The notes: generated from the letters alone by a model not told the origin. A stretch of DNA of 64,000 nucleotides from Verrucomicrobiales bacterium (GCA_047638715.1 JBLIMK010000002.1:24161-88160), one strand, 5' to 3'. Counted from the first letter of the stretch, positions 48,690 to 58,703 are shown. Program-made: numbers and translations.

Positions 48690-49006
48690 GCGACGACCGA
48701 GATGTTGTGGACGCAGACGTCGACGAGATCGATGGTGATGATGACACCGATGATGGTGTCGTTGGCGCTCCAACGGCTAGGGCCGTACTCGAGTACGTCG
48801 TTTCGGCTCTCGTCGAAGACGAAGATGCCGTGCAGGTCGAGGTAGACGACTCCAAGCGCACTCTCCAGCTCGAGGTCCGTGTCGGACCCGATGACATGGG
48901 TCGAGTAATCGGCCGTCGTGGACGGGTCGCTAACGCAATTCGCACACTCACCCGCGCTGCCGCGGCTCGCGACGGTGTCGAGGTCGACATCGAATTCGTC
49001 GACTGA
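48686..49006 (+). CDS. khpA: KH domain RNA-binding protein (KhpA-like) with acidic N-terminus
   Basis: DDMGRVIGRRGRVANAIRT; between rpsP and rimM. Confidence 0.9.
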   Translation: MSDDRDVVDADVDEIDGDDDTDDGVVGAPTARAVLEYVVSALVEDEDAVQVEVDDSKRTLQLEVRVGPDDMGRVIGRRGRVANAIRTLTRAAAARDGVEVDIEFVD

Positions 49007-49013
49007 GGATTCC

Positions 49014-49496
49014 ATGACGACGCCCGACCTTTTGGTGGTCGGTCATATCCGAAAGGCCCACGGCCTGAAGGGTGAAGTTGTTGTTCGTCTGACGACGAAC
49101 CGCGCCGAACGTGTATCGACGGGCGCCGTCCTTGTCGGCGGTGACCAAGAATTGTTCGTCGCTTCGTCGCGGCCAAAAGACGACGACTACTTGGTCACGT
49201 TCGAGGGCGTTTCATCGCGCGAAGCAGCCGATGCACTCCGGGGAACCGAGCTCCTCGCACCTCCGCTCGACGATCCCGACGAACTGTGGATTCACGAACT
49301 GATCGGCGCCAACGTCGTCGATCAAGGCGACGTGATCCGCGGGCGCGTCGTAGAGGTATTGGCGAACCCTGCGAGCGATTTATTGGTTCTCGATAACGAC
49401 GCACTCGTACCAGCGACGTTCATTATCGCCTTCGACCCAGGAAGCGATGGCGGCGTCGTGCGAGTCGATGTTCCCGACGGGCTCTTCGACCTGTGA
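49014..49496 (+). CDS. rimM: Ribosome maturation factor RimM
   Basis: VG.I.KAHGLKGEV, REAADALRG, LIG..V, PA.DLL, P.GL. Confidence 0.93.
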   Translation: MTTPDLLVVGHIRKAHGLKGEVVVRLTTNRAERVSTGAVLVGGDQELFVASSRPKDDDYLVTFEGVSSREAADALRGTELLAPPLDDPDELWIHELIGANVVDQGDVIRGRVVEVLANPASDLLVLDNDALVPATFIIAFDPGSDGGVVRVDVPDGLFDL

Positions 49497-50227
49497 CTGC
49501 ACCCCAGCCATTGCGAGTCGACGTGTTCAGCGTGTTCGGCGAACTTGTCGACGGTGCGCTCGCGACGAGCATCATTGGCCGAGCACGAACGAACGGGCTC
49601 GTCGATCTTCGAATCCACGACCCCCGCGATCACGCGACCGACGCGCACCGCAGTGTTGACGACTCCCCATTTGGCGGAGGTGCTGGCATGGTGATGCGTC
49701 CCGACGTGCTCGCAGCATCGATTCGGGCGGTAGATCCTCCGCGTCCGCTCATTGCGTTGAGCGCATCGGGGAACCGATTCGATCAATCGATGGCGCGTGA
49801 GCTCTCCACAGGTGCAGGCTTCTCTCTGCTCTGTGGCCGATACGAGGGAATCGATCAGCGGATACTCGACACGTTCGTCGATCGTGAAGTTTCGATCGGT
49901 GATTTTGTTCTCGCTGGGGGAGAGGTCGCGGCGGCGGTCATGATCGAAGCGGTCGGACGCCTTATCCCTGGTGTGCTCGGCAATCGAGACTCGATCACAG
50001 AGGAGTCTTTCTCCGAAGGATTGCTCGAGTACCCGCACTACACGCGTCCAGCAGATTTCGAGGGCGTCGAGGTGCCACCGATCTTGCTCTCTGGGAATCA
50101 TGGAGCGGTCGATCGATGGCGCATGGCGATGTCACTCATTCGAACCCGAGATCGTCGTCCCGACTTGATCGAACGCCGCGGCGGCTTCAGCGAAGACGAA
50201 CAACGACTTATCGCCGAGTTTGAGTAG
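49493..50227 (+). CDS. trmD: tRNA (guanine37-N1)-methyltransferase
   Basis: VDD.PFGGGAGMVM, CGRYEGIDQR, SIGDFVL.GGE, EYPHYTRP, LLSGNH. Confidence 0.97.
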   Translation: MTAPQPLRVDVFSVFGELVDGALATSIIGRARTNGLVDLRIHDPRDHATDAHRSVDDSPFGGGAGMVMRPDVLAASIRAVDPPRPLIALSASGNRFDQSMARELSTGAGFSLLCGRYEGIDQRILDTFVDREVSIGDFVLAGGEVAAAVMIEAVGRLIPGVLGNRDSITEESFSEGLLEYPHYTRPADFEGVEVPPILLSGNHGAVDRWRMAMSLIRTRDRRPDLIERRGGFSEDEQRLIAEFE

Positions 50228-50307
50228 CCGGACTCCCATAAGCGCACAGAAGCCGTCGAATAGGGCGATCGGCTCATATCCGTCGTCCATGTGCCGATGG
50301 ATTGGTT

Positions 50308-50712
50308 ATGACGACCGAATTGCTCTTGGCAACGGGTACCGAAACATGGGACAACGTCGGAGCGACGCTCACTGAGGGCATTGAGAATCTCCTTTCAGAA
50401 GCCGTCTCAGCGGTGGTCGTCTCGATGCCGACTACGGGTCAGCGAATCGAAGCGCATCGACTCAGCAATGGGTCGCTGCGACTCGCCGCGGCTGGCAACG
50501 AGAGTCTGGTTGGCGGCAATCGTCTGACCGTTCGTGACGAGCGGGCTGTAATCGCCGTTGGTTTCTCGGTCGCCTCGTCGTCGTGGGGCACGTTCTACTG
50601 GGATTGGACGACGCCGGTCAGTGCCGAACACGTTGCAGCTGGTGTGGCTCGAACATTCCGCGATATTTACAAAGCGCGGCCCAACGAGCTCGAACTTGCG
50701 GCCACGTTCTAG
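50308..50712 (+). CDS. Hypothetical protein, possibly TY-Chap (T3SS-chaperone-like) fold
   Basis: Clean ORF between trmD and rplS; LR..A.GN..L.....L...E......GF pattern; family call tentative. Confidence 0.55.
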   Translation: MTTELLLATGTETWDNVGATLTEGIENLLSEAVSAVVVSMPTTGQRIEAHRLSNGSLRLAAAGNESLVGGNRLTVRDERAVIAVGFSVASSSWGTFYWDWTTPVSAEHVAAGVARTFRDIYKARPNELELAATF

Positions 50713-50730
50713 CGGTTCGACCGGGGGTCA

Positions 50731-50861
50731 ACCGGAAGTGTCGACGACATACAAAGTTGTCCTGTAGCTGCGGTGTGGCCAATGTCGACCGGAAGTGTCG
50801 ACGACATACAAAGTTGTCCTGTAGCTGCGGTGTGGCCAATGTCGACCGGAAGTGTCGACGA
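50731..50861. repeat. Perfect 57-bp tandem repeat (2.3 copies) upstream of rplS
   Basis: ACCGGAAGTGTCGACGACATACAAAGTTGTCCTGTAGCTGCGGTGTGGCCAATGTCG at 50731 and 50788, partial at 50845. Confidence 0.92.
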
Positions 50862-50934
50862 AGTAGTTGGAGCCAAGCAACACTTACCGTAGGATTAGCC
50901 GCTGGCCCAATGGCCAACGATCGCAGGAGCACCG

Positions 50935-51282
50935 ATGAACATCACCGATCTCGTCGACAAGAAGAGCCTCCGGGATGACATTCCCGAATTCCAGGCTGGC
51001 GACACCGTCCGGGTCCACGTGCGCGTGGTCGAGGGCAACAAGGAACGTGTGCAGGTGTTCGAGGGTGTCGTCATTGCACGCCGCGGTTCGGGCGTCAACG
51101 AGTCGTTCAAAGTTCGTAAGCTCAGCTTCGGCGTAGGTGTCGAGCGTACGTTCCCACTGCATTCTCCAATCATGGCCAAGCTCGAGCGCATGAGCCGTGG
51201 CGACGTCCGCCGCGCAAAGCTCTATTACCTGCGCGATCGCGTCGGCAAATCAGCCAAGGTCCGCGAAAAGCGCGAGTACTAA
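50935..51282 (+). CDS. rplS: 50S ribosomal protein L19
   Basis: [34 protein letters not shown]. Confidence 0.98.
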   Translation: MNITDLVDKKSLRDDIPEFQAGDTVRVHVRVVEGNKERVQVFEGVVIARRGSGVNESFKVRKLSFGVGVERTFPLHSPIMAKLERMSRGDVRRAKLYYLRDRVGKSAKVREKREY

Positions 51283-51387
51283 TCTACTCAGCGGTCGCAA
51301 TCCGAGCCTGACGGCAGCAGTTCGTTTTAGCGCAACGGGTCGCGTTGAGGATCGACGGTGTCACACCCCCTTCGTATGGTCGGGGCC

Positions 51388-51732
51388 ATGACAATTGCAC
51401 GGCAAGAACTGGGACGACAGGGCGAGGCGTTAGCAGCTCGCTGGTATGAGCAGCGAGGGTGGGTCGTACTCGACCAGAACTGGCGCAGCGGACGAGGCGA
51501 ACTCGATCTCATCGTTGGACGTGAGGACACCGTGGCGTTCGTCGAGGTGAAGACCAGATCGACTCGTCGCTTCGGAAGCCCCGCTGAAGCTGTTGGGCCA
51601 GACAAACAACGTCGTATTCGACGCTTGGCGCTCGCCTGGCTCAGCGAAGAGCGGCGGCGAAGAGATCAGCTTCGGTTCGATGTTGTGGCAGTTATTGGTC
51701 AGGACGTCGAAGTGCTCGAAGGCGCGTTTTAG
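51388..51732 (+). CDS. YraN family endonuclease-like protein
   Basis: LG..GE..A, NWR...GELDLI, FVEVKTR, RFDVV. Confidence 0.92.
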   Translation: MTIARQELGRQGEALAARWYEQRGWVVLDQNWRSGRGELDLIVGREDTVAFVEVKTRSTRRFGSPAEAVGPDKQRRIRRLALAWLSEERRRRDQLRFDVVAVIGQDVEVLEGAF

Positions 51733-51741
51733 AACCCGCCG

Positions 51742-51852
51742 TCAGCCAAACAGCGCCCATACGACCAAGGCGATGGCCGCGACGATCGCCGCTCCGACGA
51801 AAACGTAATCAAACGGCGATTTTCGACGCTGACGCGTCGGGTCGAGACCCAT
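51742..51852 (-). CDS. 36-aa single-TM peptide (below ORF-track cutoff)
   Basis: MGLDPTRQRRKSPFDYVFVGAAIVAAIALVVWALFG; basic N-terminus plus TM; -10-like CATACT 6 nt upstream. Confidence 0.6.
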   Translation of the reverse strand: MGLDPTRQRRKSPFDYVFVGAAIVAAIALVVWALFG

Positions 51853-51872
51853 CCCATCAGTATGGTGGCTTC

Positions 51873-52217
51873 GTGCGCAATCGACGATCGTGGTTCGCCA
51901 TTGCGGCAATCGCGCTCGTTGCGCTGATCGCTTCAGGATGTGCCCAAGAGGTCGGGCTACCCGACGATGCCGACGCCGAGCTCATCGCTGGGCAAGACGT
52001 GTTTCGCGCTCGCTGCGCGCAGTGTCATGGTGTCGATGGTGGGGGAGGAATCGGGTTCTCGCTACGAGCGATCGAGGACCGGCTCACCGATGTCGAGCAA
52101 CGATCTGTCGTCGTCGACGGCCGAAAGGCAATGCCGAGCTTCCGTCTCACCTTGACCGAAGGTGACATCGAGGCCGTTGTTCGCTACACCCGTGAAATCC
52201 TCTCGAATGCGAGCTGA
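51873..52217 (+). CDS. Monoheme cytochrome c lipoprotein
   Basis: Lipobox-like IASGC, heme motif CAQCH, distal Met in AMPSF. Confidence 0.9.
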   Translation: MRNRRSWFAIAAIALVALIASGCAQEVGLPDDADAELIAGQDVFRARCAQCHGVDGGGGIGFSLRAIEDRLTDVEQRSVVVDGRKAMPSFRLTLTEGDIEAVVRYTREILSNAS

Positions 52218-52289
52218 CCGAAACGACTGGACCGCATCGTCGTTGCTACGGTTCCGTTAGTCTGGGCGGACTTGATCGAAGGCTTGTTT

Positions 52290-54146
52290 ATGCACCACCG
52301 CTTCTCACCGACCCGTCGACCGCGTCTTGCGCTCGCCGGCGGGGTGGCACTCATCCTCGCGCTGCTCGGAGGATCGGTAGCCGTGGCCGCGGAAGCACAG
52401 CTCGCACCGAAGCGATGTGAGATCATCGGCACACCAGGCCCCGACGTACTCGATGGCACCGATGGAGACGACGTCATTTGCGGACTCGGCGGCGACGACG
52501 TTATTCGCGGGTTCGGCGGCGACGATGAGTTACTCGGCGGAGATGGCGATGACGCGCTCTTTGGAGGTCCGGGCGACGACCGTCTGCGCGGCGACGCAGG
52601 CTCCGATCGAGCATTTGGCGGACCTGGCGACGACATTCTCCGCGGCGGCAACGAAGACGACCTCATCGTTGGTGGGCCAGGCAATGACGAGCTCCGTGGC
52701 GGAAATGACGATGACACGATGTCGGGGGGTAGCGGAGACGATGTGCTTCGTGGCGGAAATGACGACGACACTCTTCGAGGCTCAAGTGGCTCAGACGTTC
52801 TGTGGGGCGGAGCCGGCCGCGACATTCTCAAGGGTGGAGCCGGGAACGATCGTTTGCGAGGCGGGCCCGATGGCGACATCTGCCAGGACAGCTTCGCCAA
52901 GACGAACTCGATCAACTGCGAATTCGGAAATGGCGGCAATGCCGACAAGCTCGCGATTGCTGAGCAGCTTTGGCAGATTGGAGGCAACCGCGAGTTCGTG
53001 TATGCATTGGCGATCACGAAACCGTGTCCGACCCTTGAGGATTGCGGAGTGTCTTCCTTCGCCGAGACGGTCCATGTTCGAAACGGGATAGCCAGGAGCT
53101 CGTTTGGCGCGCCGGCGTTCACCGCCGAGCAACTCTTCCGTGAAGCCGAGCTGTCCGCCGCCAACGGGAGAAAGGTGCAAACCCATCCCGTACTCGGGCT
53201 ACCAACGCTCGTCGACAACCCCAACGGAGCCACCCTCGGCGTTTCGGAGATTCAGCTTCGAGATTCACTCCGCTCGGATTATGAGGCAGCGATCCAGCGG
53301 TGGAATGACGCGGGCCTGTCCGACTACGCCTTCACGGTCTCGACGAGCTGTTTCTGTCCATTCACCGTGCCGATTCGCGTCGTCGTATCGAACGCCAACG
53401 ATGTTTCTGGTGAACCACTAGGAGAAGGCGCTCCCGAGTGGACAGGGGGAGTAAAGACCATCGAGGCACACTTCTCGGATCTCGGTGCAGTGCTCGACGG
53501 GACAGCGATCGAAGTGCTCGCATCCTTCGATCCAGAGCTCGGCTTCCCGACTTCGATCTCCGTCGACGAGAGCCGCCTGATCGCCGACGAGGAACGAACC
53601 GTCACTATCTCCGACTTCGGCGGACGCCCAATTCCTGAAGGCGAGATTGCCCAAGAACCTCCTGCATCCCAGATCCCAAAGGCCGACCCTCCAACGCCGG
53701 TCGATGAGCCATCGACGCCCGACGGCGAGGGCGAAGCGCCTGCGGCTCCAAATGAGCTCGACATAGTCAGCGTCGGCGCTATCAACGTGAGTGTCGCTAT
53801 TGCGGACGATGTGCGCGACTTGCTCGCCGCAGCGGCCGTCGACGGACTGACGCTGTCAGGCGGTGGCTTCAGAGATCCTCAGCGGCAGATCGAACTCCGC
53901 AAGGTCAACTGTGGCACGAGCGACTACGCGATCTATGAGATGCCGGCCGATCAATGCAGCCCGCCCACGGCCCGGCCAGGGCAGAGCCAGCACGAACTGG
54001 GTTTGGCCATCGATTTCACGAGTAGTGGGCGATTGATCACGTCTTCGGCCGATCCGGCCTTCATGTGGTTGGCCGAGCATGCAAACGCCTACGGCTTCAT
54101 CAATCTGGCGGCCGAACCTTGGCACTGGAGTACGACAGGCAACTAG
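52290..54146 (+). CDS. Secreted protein: RTX-like Ca-binding repeats + DUF6174-like domains + M15B (VanY-like) peptidase
   Basis: Signal peptide; GGxGxDxLx nonapeptides; W...GL.DY...SCFC...FDPELGFP; SQHELGLAID and EPWH. Confidence 0.85.
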   Translation: MHHRFSPTRRPRLALAGGVALILALLGGSVAVAAEAQLAPKRCEIIGTPGPDVLDGTDGDDVICGLGGDDVIRGFGGDDELLGGDGDDALFGGPGDDRLRGDAGSDRAFGGPGDDILRGGNEDDLIVGGPGNDELRGGNDDDTMSGGSGDDVLRGGNDDDTLRGSSGSDVLWGGAGRDILKGGAGNDRLRGGPDGDICQDSFAKTNSINCEFGNGGNADKLAIAEQLWQIGGNREFVYALAITKPCPTLEDCGVSSFAETVHVRNGIARSSFGAPAFTAEQLFREAELSAANGRKVQTHPVLGLPTLVDNPNGATLGVSEIQLRDSLRSDYEAAIQRWNDAGLSDYAFTVSTSCFCPFTVPIRVVVSNANDVSGEPLGEGAPEWTGGVKTIEAHFSDLGAVLDGTAIEVLASFDPELGFPTSISVDESRLIADEERTVTISDFGGRPIPEGEIAQEPPASQIPKADPPTPVDEPSTPDGEGEAPAAPNELDIVSVGAINVSVAIADDVRDLLAAAAVDGLTLSGGGFRDPQRQIELRKVNCGTSDYAIYEMPADQCSPPTARPGQSQHELGLAIDFTSSGRLITSSADPAFMWLAEHANAYGFINLAAEPWHWSTTGN

Positions 54147-54175
54147 CTGGTCAGGGTCGTGTCAGACCCGACCAG
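54147..54175 (+). terminator. Hairpin directly after the peptidase stop codon
   Basis: CTGGTC-A-GGGTC loop GACCC-GACCAG; no U tract. Confidence 0.4.
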
Positions 54176-54248
54176 TATGGTCATCTCACGGCTCGAGACG
54201 GCTGCCGGGAAGCCACTCTAAAGACACCCCATTCTTTGGAGACAACCG

Positions 54249-55751
54249 ATGCTTGCCATCGTCCGATCGGCCACTATTAATGGCGTCCAGGGTTATCCTG
54301 TCGACGTTGAGGTTCATGTTGGAAGTGGGCTACCAGGATTCACGATCGTGGGACTTCCCGACACCTCGTGTCGTGAGGCTCGAGATCGTGTTCGCGCCGC
54401 GCTCCAATCGAGCGGTGAAGACTGGCCCCAGCGCAAGATCACCGTCAATCTTGCGCCGAGTGACCTAAAGAAGAGCGGGCCGAGTCTCGACGTCGCCATC
54501 GCGATTGGCATCCTCGCTGCGACCGACAAGGTCGATCCCGATGCCATCGAGCGGGTTGGATTTCTTGGCGAGCTCGGACTCGACGGATCGCTCCGCCCGG
54601 TTCGTGGCGCTTTGCCAATGGGCGACGCCATGAACACCGATTCCATTGTTGCGAGCGTCGACAACGCCGCGGAAATGAGCCTCCTCGCATGCGAGGTCCG
54701 GTCGGTGCAAACCCTCGGACGCCTGCTCGACAGCCTGAATGGACGCGCTGATTGGCCCGAAGCCCCCGTGCTGAAGGCTCCCGTTGCGCGCAAACGTCAG
54801 AACGATCTTCGCGACATACGCGGGCAACAGATGGGAAAGTTCGCCCTGGCTATCGCCGCCGCTGGAGGACACCACATGCTTATGGTCGGACCTCCGGGAG
54901 CGGGCAAGACAATGCTCGCGAAACGACTCCCTGGGTTGCTCCCACCGCTCTCGGAAGCCGATGCGCTCGATGTCACCCGAATTCACTCGGCGGCTGGCGA
55001 ACTGCATCCAGATCTCATCCCGATTACCGATTCGCCGTTTCGGTCACCCCATCACAGCGCTTCGGCGGTATCGCTCGTGGGTGGTGGCGCTGCATCGATG
55101 CGTCCTGGCGAATTGTCGCTCGCTCACCGCGGCGTATTATTTCTCGACGAACTTGGCGAGTTTGGCCCGTCAGCGCTCGACGGGCTTCGCCAACCGCTAG
55201 AGGAGCGCGAGGTCCGTGTCACCCGCTCTCACAGCACGGCCCGATATCCCGCCGACGTCCTGTTGATCGGGTCCATGAACCCGTGCCCATGCGGGGAATC
55301 TGGCGCACCCGGTGCATGTCGATGCAGTGACGTGGCTCGCGCTCGTTACCACCGCCGCGTCTCTGGGCCGCTGTTGGATCGATTCGACCTTCGAATCGGC
55401 GTGCAGCGGCCATCGCCAGCCGAGCTATTCGGTGCCCCGGCGGGAGAGACGAGCGACGAGGCTGCAGAGCGAGTGGCGGCAGCGCGGGCACGGGCACTGA
55501 CCCGCACCGGCTGTCTCAATGCATTGCTCGAACAAGAAGATCTTGACGTGGTCGCTCCGCTTTCAGACGGAGCGCTCAAGGTCTTAGAGAGCGCTGTTGG
55601 CCAGGGACGCCTGTCGGCCCGAGGAGTGGGCCGCGTCCGCTCTGTATCGCGGACGATTGCAGACCTCGAAGACTCGGGTGCGGAGGTGTCGGTCGAGCAA
55701 CTCTGCTTGGCGATGTCGCTTCGTATCGATCCGTTCGGAGCTTCACGATGA
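54249..55751 (+). CDS. comM: YifB/ComM Mg-chelatase-like AAA+ ATPase
   Basis: IVGLPD...EARDRVRAA, ITVNLAP, GPPGAGKT, FRSPHH, LFLDE, NPCPCG, SGPLLDRFD. Confidence 0.95.
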   Translation: MLAIVRSATINGVQGYPVDVEVHVGSGLPGFTIVGLPDTSCREARDRVRAALQSSGEDWPQRKITVNLAPSDLKKSGPSLDVAIAIGILAATDKVDPDAIERVGFLGELGLDGSLRPVRGALPMGDAMNTDSIVASVDNAAEMSLLACEVRSVQTLGRLLDSLNGRADWPEAPVLKAPVARKRQNDLRDIRGQQMGKFALAIAAAGGHHMLMVGPPGAGKTMLAKRLPGLLPPLSEADALDVTRIHSAAGELHPDLIPITDSPFRSPHHSASAVSLVGGGAASMRPGELSLAHRGVLFLDELGEFGPSALDGLRQPLEEREVRVTRSHSTARYPADVLLIGSMNPCPCGESGAPGACRCSDVARARYHRRVSGPLLDRFDLRIGVQRPSPAELFGAPAGETSDEAAERVAAARARALTRTGCLNALLEQEDLDVVAPLSDGALKVLESAVGQGRLSARGVGRVRSVSRTIADLEDSGAEVSVEQLCLAMSLRIDPFGASR

Positions 55752-56842
55752 TCGATCCCGACGGTCTTCCACCCGAGGCATGGATCGTGGCGCTGCTCAC
55801 GCTGCCGGGTATGGGCCCGAGCCGTCTCAACGCGCTGCTCGGATGCCACAGCGGCGCCGGGATCTGGGAGTTGTTGTGTTCAGGAGGTCCGCTCGAGCTC
55901 GACCGTGTCAAGGGGGAGACGGTCGACAAATGGCGTGTCGCGGCCCGCGGAATGTCGGTACAAACGCACTGGTACGCGCTGAAGAGCCTCGGGATCATGG
56001 TGCACGAACGAAACTCGACGATCTACCCCTCTCGATTGCGTGACGATCTGGAGCCTCCCCAGGTGCTCTTCAGCCTTGGGCTACCGATCCCGCCGGGGCC
56101 GACCGTCGGGATCGTCGGTACAAGGAGGTGTACGTCGTACGGGCGTCGTTGTGCTTTTGAACTCGGCGCCGCCCTGGCCGAGGCCGGCGTTTGTGTTGTG
56201 TCGGGTCTTGCGCTCGGTATCGATGCCGCTGCGCACCACGGCGCTCTCTCGGTCACGACAGCGACTCGCGGCATCCCGATCGGCGTTGTCGGCAGTGGCC
56301 TCGACGTGATCTACCCGCGACAAAATCGTGAGCTCTGGGGCAACGTTGCCGACCGTGGCGCCCTCTTCAGCGAAACGCCTCCGGGGGTGGGGCCCGAGCC
56401 CTGGCGTTTCCCCGCCCGCAACCGGATTATCGCCGGTCTTTCGGATGCGCTCATCGTGGTCGAGTCACATGAGCGCGGCGGCTCACTGCTTACGGTCGAC
56501 GAGGCGCTAGTTCGCGACGTGCCTGTCGGGGTTGTGCCGGGGCCAATCACCTCGAACGCTGCGGAAGGATCAAATCGCCTTTTGGTCGACGGCGCAACGC
56601 CGATCTTGGATGCCGACGATGTCCTCGCCATGATTGGGCACACGCGACCACGCGACGTCGAACGCAGCAAGGACGACGTCTCATCGACGCTCCTCGATGT
56701 ACTCGGCTGGACTCCACTGTCGTTCGACCAGCTGTGTCTGCGAATATCGCTTCCTCCAGCGCAGGTCGCTGCCGAGCTGGAAGAGCTGGTGAACACCGGC
56801 TTGTGCGCACGATCCGGGCCCTGGATCGAGCGCGTGAAGTGA
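55748..56842 (+). CDS. dprA: DNA-processing protein DprA
   Basis: IVGTR, VSGLALGIDAAAH, FPARNRIIAGLS, VVES..RGGSL.T, GSNRL. Confidence 0.95.
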   Translation: MIDPDGLPPEAWIVALLTLPGMGPSRLNALLGCHSGAGIWELLCSGGPLELDRVKGETVDKWRVAARGMSVQTHWYALKSLGIMVHERNSTIYPSRLRDDLEPPQVLFSLGLPIPPGPTVGIVGTRRCTSYGRRCAFELGAALAEAGVCVVSGLALGIDAAAHHGALSVTTATRGIPIGVVGSGLDVIYPRQNRELWGNVADRGALFSETPPGVGPEPWRFPARNRIIAGLSDALIVVESHERGGSLLTVDEALVRDVPVGVVPGPITSNAAEGSNRLLVDGATPILDADDVLAMIGHTRPRDVERSKDDVSSTLLDVLGWTPLSFDQLCLRISLPPAQVAAELEELVNTGLCARSGPWIERVK

Positions 56843-56899
56843 CGCTCAACAGAGAGTGGCTCCCTGTGATCTTCAGAGTTCACGACTACCGTCGGTGGT

Positions 56900-57796
56900 G
56901 TGATCGACGAAATCGACGCGTTTCGCGCCTCGCTGACCGGGGTTAGTCCTGCAACCGCAGCGGTGTACCGGCGAGATCTCCTCGCGTTCGCGCAGTGGGC
57001 CGATGAACAGAACGTGGTCTCGCCGACAGCGATCGATCGCCGGTGGCTTCGTCGTTACCTCGCGCATCTCGACGCGTCGTCATATGCGAGACGCACCATT
57101 GCTCGCAAGATGAGTGCGCTTCGGCGGTTCTTTAGCTGGGCCCGGATGACCGGCGTCGTGGTGGATGACCCGACCGTCGGCCTGTCGACACCAGCCGCCT
57201 CTTCGCATCTGCCGAACATTTTGAACGACAAAGACCTCGGCACGCTCCTCGGCGATGATCCGTCGCCCCGAGCCCTCCCAGACGATGTGTCCCCACGTCG
57301 CCTTCGCGACGACGCCGTCCTAGAGCTCCTGTACGGCTCGGGTCTCCGCGTGAGTGAAGTATGCGACTTGAATACAGACTCTGCGAATCTGGACAAGGGC
57401 ACACTTCGGGTGTGGGGGAAGGGCGAGAAGGAACGAATAGTGCCATTGAGTGCGCCAGCGGTCGAAGCAATACAAAATCACCTTCACGTAATCGCGATGG
57501 TTGATGTCGACGCCGGCACCGGTGCCGGCACGCCACGCCCACTGTTCAAAAATCAACGTGGAAACCGTCTCGGGCCTCGAGATGTACGACGGCTTCTCGA
57601 CCGCCGATCGCCAATTCCGACACATCCGCATGCACTTCGTCACACGTTTGCCACTCATCTTTTGGACGGAGGTGCCGATCTACGCACGGTGCAGGAGTTG
57701 TTGGGCCACTCAGATCTCTCGACCACCCAGATTTACACGCATGTGAGCAAGGAACGACTTCAACGTGTTCATCGGTCGAGTCATCCGCGGGCATAA
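56900..57796 (+). CDS. xerC: Tyrosine recombinase XerC
   Basis: [38 protein letters not shown]; canonical position after dprA. Confidence 0.9.
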   Translation: MIDEIDAFRASLTGVSPATAAVYRRDLLAFAQWADEQNVVSPTAIDRRWLRRYLAHLDASSYARRTIARKMSALRRFFSWARMTGVVVDDPTVGLSTPAASSHLPNILNDKDLGTLLGDDPSPRALPDDVSPRRLRDDAVLELLYGSGLRVSEVCDLNTDSANLDKGTLRVWGKGEKERIVPLSAPAVEAIQNHLHVIAMVDVDAGTGAGTPRPLFKNQRGNRLGPRDVRRLLDRRSPIPTHPHALRHTFATHLLDGGADLRTVQELLGHSDLSTTQIYTHVSKERLQRVHRSSHPRA

Positions 57797-57827
57797 CAAC
57801 GGCGAAAAGTCTCAGGGGACCTCAAAC

Positions 57828-58607
57828 GTGGACGAACAACAGAAGGCACGAGCCAATGGGCTTTGGAGCCGCTATACAACGGCTCCTTCAAGGGAAGTGC
57901 GCGATCAGCTGATCGTTCACTACTCGCCGCTTGTGAAGTATGTCGCGAGCCGTGTTGCCGCGGGCCTTCCCCAAAACGTGGAACAAGCCGACCTGGTGAG
58001 TTATGGCATCTTTGGGTTGATCGACGCCATCGACAAGTTCGATCCTGAGCGCGGGTACAAGTTCGAGACATATGCGATCTCACGCATCAAGGGCGCGATG
58101 CTCGATGAGCTTCGTTCAATGGACTGGGTTCCCCGCTCGGTTCGAACGAAGGCGAAACGAATCGAACAAGCCAATGCGAAGCTTGAAGCGAAGCTTGGTC
58201 GTGCGCCATCTGACGAAGAGCTCGCAGGTGCGCTCGACATCACGACCGTTGAGCTCGAAACGATGCTCACCAAGATCTCCTTCGTGGGCGTCGTGGCGCT
58301 CGACGAGATGTTGTCGGGTGGCGAACGCGGCGATTCGATGACCCTGGGCGACACGATTCCTGACAAAGGCACCGGTCCTGTTGGCTCCTTCGAGGTCGAA
58401 GAGATGCGTCAGCTCCTGGCCGAGTCGATCAACGGCATGACCGAGCGAGAGAAAATCGTGCTCACCCTGTATTACTACGAGGGACTTACGCTTGCCGAGA
58501 TCGGGCAGGTGCTCGGGGTTACCGAGAGTCGTGTCTGTCAGATCCACACGAAGTCGGTCTTGCGCCTTCGTTCACGCCTCACGGCCAACGAGTACACGCC
58601 CGCCTAG
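57828..58607 (+). CDS. whiG: FliA/WhiG family sigma factor
   Basis: [65 protein letters not shown]. Confidence 0.9.
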   Translation: MDEQQKARANGLWSRYTTAPSREVRDQLIVHYSPLVKYVASRVAAGLPQNVEQADLVSYGIFGLIDAIDKFDPERGYKFETYAISRIKGAMLDELRSMDWVPRSVRTKAKRIEQANAKLEAKLGRAPSDEELAGALDITTVELETMLTKISFVGVVALDEMLSGGERGDSMTLGDTIPDKGTGPVGSFEVEEMRQLLAESINGMTEREKIVLTLYYYEGLTLAEIGQVLGVTESRVCQIHTKSVLRLRSRLTANEYTPA

Positions 58608-58703
58608 CCTCGCAGCGGACTGCAACGTACGCTTGTTACGTGCGCCGAGCCCTTTGGTGCGCAACTTCCCCCGAATGACGACCTCTTGTAGAGGAGTTTT
58701 TGG

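Noticed and set aside
50727..50861. Possible mini CRISPR array (21-nt repeats with 36-nt spacers)
   Set aside because: The two spacers are identical, the repeat is short and there are no cas genes in the window; a simple tandem duplication explains it
51388..56842. yraN-comM-dprA as a new DNA-handling or defence system
   Set aside because: Well-known conserved transformation-related cluster
56900..57796. Phage or island integrase
   Set aside because: Length, motifs and position after dprA fit housekeeping XerC; no att sites or cargo seen
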